Under the pieces are notes generated by a model. It searched no databases. It saw nothing but the letters and a program-made list of their open reading frames with translations, and was not told the DNA's origin. Shown here in pieces: positions 17,931-26,900 of a stretch of 64,000 bases of DNA. The translations under genes were made by a program, and so were the position numbers. How positions within the stretch are numbered: the first letter of the stretch is position 1; each line of letters starts with the position of its first letter. Source of the stretch: a virus. The DNA lies in IMG/VR virus record IMGVR_UViG_3300012017_000779, positions 1 to 64,000 of that record; one strand, given 5' to 3'.

Positions 17931-20900
17931 AATTTGTTATTTATTTCTGTTTCTATTTCAATTAAATCTTCTTTTGTAGTTGCATTATTTATTTTTTTAT
18001 AAACATCTTGTATATTTATATTAAATAAAGAAAGAAGTTCATCTAAATTATAAGCTATAACTTTTTGTTCAAAATCTTTAATAAAATCATTTTTTTGTTT
18101 TGCAGTTAATGGTATTGATTCTACAATATCTTCTTCCATTATACCAGTTACCATATTTACATTTTTTAATTGTACTTCCCCGGTATCTTGATCAATTAAA
18201 TCATAGTTAAAGTTTTTATTTAACTTCCATGTACTTACACCTACTGTAAAAGTTATTGGAGGTTTACCAGTAGCTATAAAAAGACTTTCATAAACTTCTC
18301 TAGCTTCATTAAGTCCTTCAAGTTCTTTTTTAATAGGAGCACTAGTAGATGGTTGAGACCAATCATATTTATTAATTAAATAATCTAAAGCTGTAGCATG
18401 AGACGGTTCTCCAAGTTCTGCATAATATTGAAGTTGTCTTCCTTTTAATTTACCTGATTTTAAAACATCTAGAATAAATGCTTTTCTTTTTGGTTTAACA
18501 TCTTTAAATTTATCAGTAGTTAACCAATCAATATAATTTATAACTGCTTCTTTAGTAGTATTAGTTTTTATAGTACCTGTTCTATTAAAAGAAGCCCAAG
18601 GATTACTAAAACTATTTACATCACTAACCACTTCCATAGTATAAACTCTATTGTTAGCTTTTGCTTCTTTTATATTAGCATCCCTATCATATTTACCATC
18701 TTTAGTTTTAATGTTAGAAATAACTACATTTTTATTTTCTAATTGAGAATATATATCATTACTATTAACACTAGTAGATGATTGAGTAGCAAGTGCAGTT
18801 TTAAGTTGTGCTCTCCAATTAGTATCAGCCATATTAATAGTTGGTATACCTTTTCTTCTAGCCATTTCAACAGCTTGTCCTGTTCCTCCTTTAGGTCTTA
18901 AAGGATCAGCTGTTTCTTTAGCATAGAATATTACAAAGTCTACTGGAGTATCAAGATTTTTACCAAATATTTGATTAGTATTTCTAGCCATTAAATTAGC
19001 TACAAATGCAGCAGATCTTTCAGGATCATTTCCTTTTGTTATAGCTTTTTTTCTAGTGCTATCTAACATTACATTCCAAGCAGGATGAATTTCTTCTGCT
19101 ATTTTAAGTTCTTTTTCTCCAGTTTTTACACTACCAATAAATATTTCTTTTAAAGATGTTACACCTTTTTCAAATGCAGCATCTGCACCAGCTGCTCCAC
19201 CACTTCTTAATGTATATCCTAAAGACTCTAAATATTTAGCAACTTCTGGCATAACATCAAGAACTTCTTGTGGAGTTTCTCTAGATCCTATACCTGCATA
19301 AGTCATAGTAGGTGTAGTAGATTTACTAGGAAGAGAATCAAATACAGGTCTATCACCTGATACAGGTGGTTGAGTAGGTTGACCAGTAGTAATTTTATAA
19401 CCAGTTTTTAAATCAACATTTTCAATAACAATTTCACCTCCATCTTTATCTACTAAATTATATAAATTATTTTTTTGTAAAATCCATGATGTACTATGTG
19501 GTGCTTTTTCATTTTTTCCTGTTTGTGAATTATAAAATTCTTTAAAAAATGTAGAAGGAGTAAAAAATTCTTTAGGTTTAACACCATTAGATTTTTCTAA
19601 ATATGTATTATATGCAGCAATATCATCATCTGATATAATTTTAGTTTTAATAATATTTTCTTCATTTTCTAAATCAAATTCTATTTCTATGCCATCATCA
19701 ATATCTTTTTTAACAGGATTGTTATATTGATCTGCATTTTCAGTATATTCAATAAACTGTCTATTTTTTACATCTATTACTTTACTAAAAATATTATTTA
19801 AAGTAACAAAAGAAAAATCTTTACTTTCTAAATCATTAATAAAAAATGTTGATGCATCAATCATTTCATCTGTAAATTTTTTAGCATCTAGAACTCTATT
19901 GATACTTAATTTACTATTTCCAAAACCATGTTGATAAAAAAGAATTAATGAAAAAGGTTTAAAAAATTCTAAAGATTTTTTATCTTTATTTATTGTAGGA
20001 TCTGCTAGATCTTTTAAGTTTTTATTATAAATAGAAGATATTTCTTTAGTTAATAAAGATTTGTTATTTAAACTTAATACTTTATTTATATTTCTTTTAT
20101 TACTTTTTAAAACTATATGATTTAAAACTGGAAAATTTACTTTTGTATCATCAAAGTTATTTATAATATTCATTATACTTTCTGAATATGAATATTTAGT
20201 TTTTCCCATTATGTATGGAGAATTAAAACTTTTTAATAAAGCAACTTCAGATAAGTATTCTTCAGTTACTTCAGTATCAATTAAAGAATCTCTTAGTACT
20301 TCTCTTTCCATTACATATCTTACATAACTTGAAAATGTTTGAAATGGATTTTTATTTTTTTCAAACACATCTAAAGCATCATCATTTAAAAATATTTTAT
20401 TATCAAAATCTGATTTTAATTTTTCTTCATTTACAATTATATTTTTTCCAACAATTACATCTTGTTGTATTGTATTATCAATTATAACATTTTTAGAACT
20501 TAAAGCTTTAGGAATAGTTATATGTTTTCCATTTACTGGATCAGTAAAATTAGACATATAGTTTTGATATATATAATCTACCACAGCATTATTATATGAT
20601 GAAGTAAAATATTCTTCACCTTTAACACCTTTACCAAATTTTCTTGTAATTCTAGCTCTTTCTTTTAATAACTTTTCAGAAATAAAAGAAGAAATATTTT
20701 TATCTAATCTTAATTTAAATAAAGGTTTGATTAAATCAATCATTAATGCATCCTGATTAAAAGATGAAAGCAAAGAATCTTTCATTAAAGCAGTAAGAAA
20801 CTCTTGATCTATTTTAGAATTTCTTTTTAATTTATCAAAAAGTTCTATTCTTTTTATAACTTGTTGTAATGTAGTAAGTTTACTAGTATCTGGTGCATAA

Positions 20901-23900
20901 ATCATTTGCAATGTTTCCAGACCTTCATATTGTTTTTCTAGTTCAATAAAATTTAAAAATAAAGCCAAAGATTTTAAAGATGCATCATTATTCATTGATT
21001 CTTTTAAATCAGATATGTTAATATCATCTTTAAATAATTCTTTAGATAAAACTTCTGATAAATAAACATAGTTGTTACTAAAATCATAAGTTTTAGTTTT
21101 ATTATCAAGAATTTTATTTTCAAGACTTTTTACTATATCATATACAACTTCATTATTATTACTTTTAATGCTGATAATATTTAATGGATTAATTTTTTTA
21201 TTATTTAATCCTTTTATTAATTCATTTAAAGTATAATAAAATGATTGTTTTTTATTATCTTTTATTAAATATTCATCATCAGCAGGATATATTTTTTCTA
21301 AAGACTTTATTGTAGTTCTTAATTTTAATAATGTAACACTATTAATAACTCTTTGTAATTCATCTGGTGCTAAAGTATTTAAAATTTTATTGCTTATTTC
21401 TGATGCAATATTATATTTATTACTTTTTTCAAATTGAGCATCTGTAGAAATTAATGGATTTAAAGAACTATTTTCTAATCTTTGTTTAAAAAAGTATTCT
21501 CTAATTAAAGGTTGAGTTACAAAATAAAAAACTTCTTCTTCATCTACACCTGCTTGCATTAAATAACTTATTACACCTATTCCTTCAGGAGTTAGTTGTA
21601 AAACAAAAGGGAAAGAATTTTTTGCTCTATCTAAAATACCGTTAAGCATGTGTGAATTAAGATCTGTAATTCTATTTCCTTTTTGAGACTTATTACCTGA
21701 TATAGAAATTACTTCATCACCATTTTTTGATTTTATAATGTTGTGTTTAAATCTTATAATAAAAGGAATGTCAATTAAACCATCTTCAAATTCACGTAAA
21801 TTTTTATTAAAAACAGAGTTTTTATATGACTTTGGCATCTTAGCACCCAACATTTTAAAGAGCACATGATTCTTTGTATTTTTAGCTTGTATTCCTAATG
21901 AAGGTTCTAAAGATAAATTAGCAGCAAACTTGTATAAATTATAGATATAATCATAATTTCTTGAAGGACTTATAATTTCTTTTTTTCCATCTGCACTTTT
22001 ATTTTTTTCACCAACTTTACTATCAGTATGAGAAACATTATCTAATCTATTATACTCATTTACAATATTATTTTCTAAAGATTTACTATATTTTTCTACT
22101 AAATATGTTAAATTAGGTTTTGTAAGTATTGCAAAGTTTTCAGGAAGAGTTAAAATATCTAAACTTATTTTAATGTATTGATTTTGTAAATACTTTTCTT
22201 GCTGTTTAATTAATTTATTAGATGTTAATGCACCTAATTCAAGTGTACCAGTAAACTCTTTATCTTTTGTTTCTTTTAATATTTTATTAAAGTTTTTTAT
22301 TGGAGTATTTATATAATTACCTTCTATATCAATATTAGGCATACTCATAAATAATTTATCACCATCATAATCAGAACCTGATTTAGCAACTATTTCTGTT
22401 GGAACAATAATAGCATTACCATAACTTTCATCTAGAAAATGCCATACCTCAGCTCCTTCAATTGTACTTAATGCATCATTAGGAATCCTTGGACCATATA
22501 AAGATATTGAAAGTCTATTTTTTTCTAACCAAGCATCATCTTTAATTAATTCATTTAATCTTGTTATAGTACCAATTTTATTACCTTGTAAGTCATTTCC
22601 ATTTAAAAGATTAATAAAGTCTCCTTGCAATGCAATAGCTACTTTCATTAAACCTGTTCTACCATTTTTATTTCGTATGTAAGAAGGCAGTGTATTTGTA
22701 CCTAATACTTTTTTAATTTCAGAAACTTTAGTAATTGTTTTATATTGAGTATTCCAAAGTCCATTTGTAAATGTAGAAGCAGCTTGAGTTAAAGGTTCAC
22801 CATTAATTGTTTGTTTAATTAATCTTGATTGAACAATACTCATTATAAGTTTTTCAATTGTTTGAGCTTCAGGATGTATAGAAAAATCCATAGATGCAGC
22901 ATTACCTTTTTTAGTTGCATTTAATAATCTAATTAAATGGTCAGGCACATCTCTTTCATCTAAGTTATCTCTGATAATTTTTATAAACTTTGAAAAATCA
23001 CCATTGCTTACATATTTTCCATCTTTTTCAGTAAAACCAATTTCATTAAGTAATTTTAATTTAAGTAATGCACTATAGTCATTTACTATTTTACTATAAC
23101 TATCTAATGTTTTTTTATTTTTTGGATTAATTAACTCTCCATTATCATATAATGTGTCTGTTAATATTACTCTTGTTTGTGTAGCAATTGGAAGACTTCC
23201 TTTAAAGGTGTCATTAATGACTGTAACTTCTTTTAAGTTAGCAAGGTATACTGGATTAATAGTAAATGTAAAATCATCACTGATGCCAGTATTTTCAGTT
23301 TTATCTTCAAAAATATCATCAGTTTCTTTATTACTAGTAAGTTCAGAACCTTTTGAACCTGATTTAAAAGTTACATACTGAACATTATCTTTTAACATTT
23401 TAAGATGCAACTTATATAGTTCAGATCCTTCTTTTGCATTCACTCCTGGTATTAAAGGACTAACAGCAAATTTATGCATAGCAATTGCTGGCAAATACTT
23501 ATTTTTTATAGCACCAAATAAATGTAACTTATATATAGGAAAAAATTGTTTAACTGTATTTGGATCAATAGTTTCTCCTTTAACAATTTTTTGATATAAA
23601 CTTTCTTGCTCCATTGACCAGCCTCTTCCACTTACTTTATGTAATATTCTATAGGCATCAATAGTCATAAAAGCCATACCATCACTTTCAACTATTTTTT
23701 CATAAGCTTCTCTATCTTCTTTGATTCTTTCTTCAGTCTCTGCTTCACTAAAAGTTTTTAAATAATCTTCTCTCCAAGCTTCAACTAAATCATCTATATA
23801 AATAGATTCTCTTGTAGCATCTTTAATAACTCCTGTATTTATTACTTCACTAAATACATATTTATTATAATCTATATTATCTTTACTTAAGCTTTTGTTA

Positions 23901-26900
23901 AGTTCAGAAGCATAAGTAGCATTTGTTTCTGTAGGTTTGTTAAATGTGTTATTAATAAAATTAATAGTTCCTTCATCAAATAAAAATCTAATACCATCAG
24001 AAGTACCACCTGGTATTCTTTTAGTCCAATCTTCTTTTGAATGATCCCATTGAGCTATATCTCCAAATAATAAAGTTGAGGTTTCAAATTTATATATCCA
24101 ATCATTATATAAAAAAGCTTTTAATAATACATCAGATAATTCTTCATTTTCATTAAGCATATTTAAGTCAGCTTGATTATTGACCTCCATACCAAGTTTT
24201 TTATATATACCTTTTGAGAATATATTTTTTTCTTTAATAGGATTATAATAATATTTTTTAAGCTCACTTACTTTATCATTAAAATATTTTTTAATTTCAT
24301 TTTGAATATTATTTTTTAAATCTGCATTATCTTTTTGTTTTAAAAGTTCAAGTAATGTTGATATTGTATCTTCTTTAACAGCTAACTTATATAATTCATT
24401 TTTAGTTTTATCAGATAATAAATTATCAAATGCTGAAAATACTTCACCTGCATAAACATCTTTTCCTTTTACTTTTTTTACTACTTGATTAAATCCACTT
24501 ATTTTTAATAATTCATCTCTATCAGGACCTTTGAATTTTTTTATTCTATCAAATTCACTTTCTATATATTTTAATAGATAACCTTCAATAGCATATGTTT
24601 CACCAGTATTTTCTTGAAAAGTAAACATTATTGGATCAACAAAAATATTATCATCAGTTCCTTTTGTTCCATCTGCAAGAGTTGGTTTAAGTAAACCTCC
24701 TTTCACTGTTAAACCAAAAGACATCTTCTTATCTGCTGTTCTTCCTAACTCAGCTTTACCATTAAGAAGCATCATATTAATATCCTGTATAAATTTACTA
24801 AAAGGGTCTAATTTAGTAGTTATTGTTCCTGAACCATCCATTTCAGAAGTACCATCTATTACAATTAAATTTAAATTTTTGCCTTTAATTTTAACTTTAT
24901 CAATACCAAATAAACTCTGAAACATTACAAGATTCTTAGTAAAAGCATTTATTTTTGGATCTAAAAAATTCATGTGATTAAGAATAGGATTTTTACCATT
25001 CCATAATTCATCTTGTTTAGATACAGAATTTATTGCATATAAGTTATTTGTAACTGAACTTGCATTCATTGTTTCATATGCAACATTACCATCAGCTCTA
25101 ATTACAGCATTAGTTGAACTATCAAATCCATATTGAGATTGAAGTTTTGCTAAATTTTTTATTTGTGTATTTTGTTTAATAACATTTACTTTATCTATCT
25201 CTGGTAAAATATTTTTAGGAATTTCTTCTTTTAATATTTTTATTGGATTTTCTTTAAAGTCTTTTATATATTTTTTTTGTAAAGCTGTTTTTTGTGGAAG
25301 TTTATCAACATTATTAAAGGCATTTAAAATTCTAAATATATATTTTAATCCATAAGGTGTAGAATTATTTTTTAATTCATCTTTAATATTATTATTATTG
25401 GCTAATCCTATTCCTATGGCATTTGCAAATTCTAATTGTTTATTAATATCAAGTTCATTTTCTTTTGTTTGTTTAAATTCACTAACAACTTTATCTAAAT
25501 TTAAATTAGGGACATTAGCTACAACATCTATAAACTCATTATAAATACTTAAACTATTAAATTCAGATATCCATTTCTCAATAATAGAAGAAGTTTCCAT
25601 AGAAAGTTCAATTACTTGAAAGTTTACAGTTTCATCACGGGATGCAACTAATTGTACATATTTAACATTAGGTTTTCCAAAATCATTAAAAAATGATACA
25701 CTTAAGTCATACTCAAAAGTATTTGTAGTGTTAGGTTCAGGATATTTTTCTTCAAAGAATTGTTTTAATTCTGGATATTTTTTATATTCTTTTTCTAATT
25801 TTTTATATGCTTCATCTCTATCTGATATATTACCAATTATTGCATATAACATATTAAATATATCTGAAAAATCAGCTCTTTCTTTAAATCCAAATCTATC
25901 AACAGGTGTGCTAATATCTCCATTTTTGTTTCTAACAACTTTAAATAAAGATTTTATTACATATATAGTTTCTTTAGATAACATGTCCTGAAGTGATATT
26001 TTTCCAGGTACAGCATCTATTGTTAATTCATCAACTCCTTCTTCTTGTTCTGTTTCTTCTTTTGCATCTACTGCAATATCATATACTTTTTTTGAAGTTT
26101 TAAAATCACTATTTTCTGAATGATATTTAATTACACCTGACCCTTTACTTCCCCAGTTATCAAGTGTTGTTTGTAGTATTCTTATATTATCAAGTATAAC
26201 AGATTGTTCCGGACTTAAAACAGTTTCTGATATAGAATCAGTAATTAATTCTGTATAATTTTCAGTTACACCTTCTATTTTATTAAATTTTTCTTGTTCT
26301 TTCTTAAGTTTATCTTCTAGAATTTTTTTAGTTTCTCTATACAAATATTCTTTTTGTTCAATACCTTTTAAAAATAAAACATTAGCTGCTTTTAAATTTT
26401 GTTTTCCAGCTGCTTTTCTTTTATTATATATGTCACTTAATAGTTCAGCCCATATATTATCTATTGTCATGGTTACTTCTAAAGAATCTTGATTACTTAA
26501 TATATCTATAGAAGGATTATTAACTTTTCTAATTCCACGGTCAAGTTCATATAAAATAGCATTTTCTATTAAAGGTTTATAACTATTAATCTCTCCTATA
26601 TATAACTTATTAAATAAGTCTTTTGCCATAGGAGAATTCATGCTATCAACAAGTATATCTTTTTTAGAAAAAACATTTAGTTTACCAAATAATGCTTTTA
26701 AAAAATTAAGCATTTTTCTAAACAAAGTATTTTTAACTGGTGTCTCAGGACTTGGCTTTTGATTTTTAGCATAGTTTCTAAAATCTTCAGCTAACATTTC
26801 TTCTAACTCTAAATAAGATTTATTTATATTTGGTTTATTCCCTTTTGAATCAGTATAATTTCTTAATTCAGTATATAATTTAATTTTATCTTGAGGAGTC

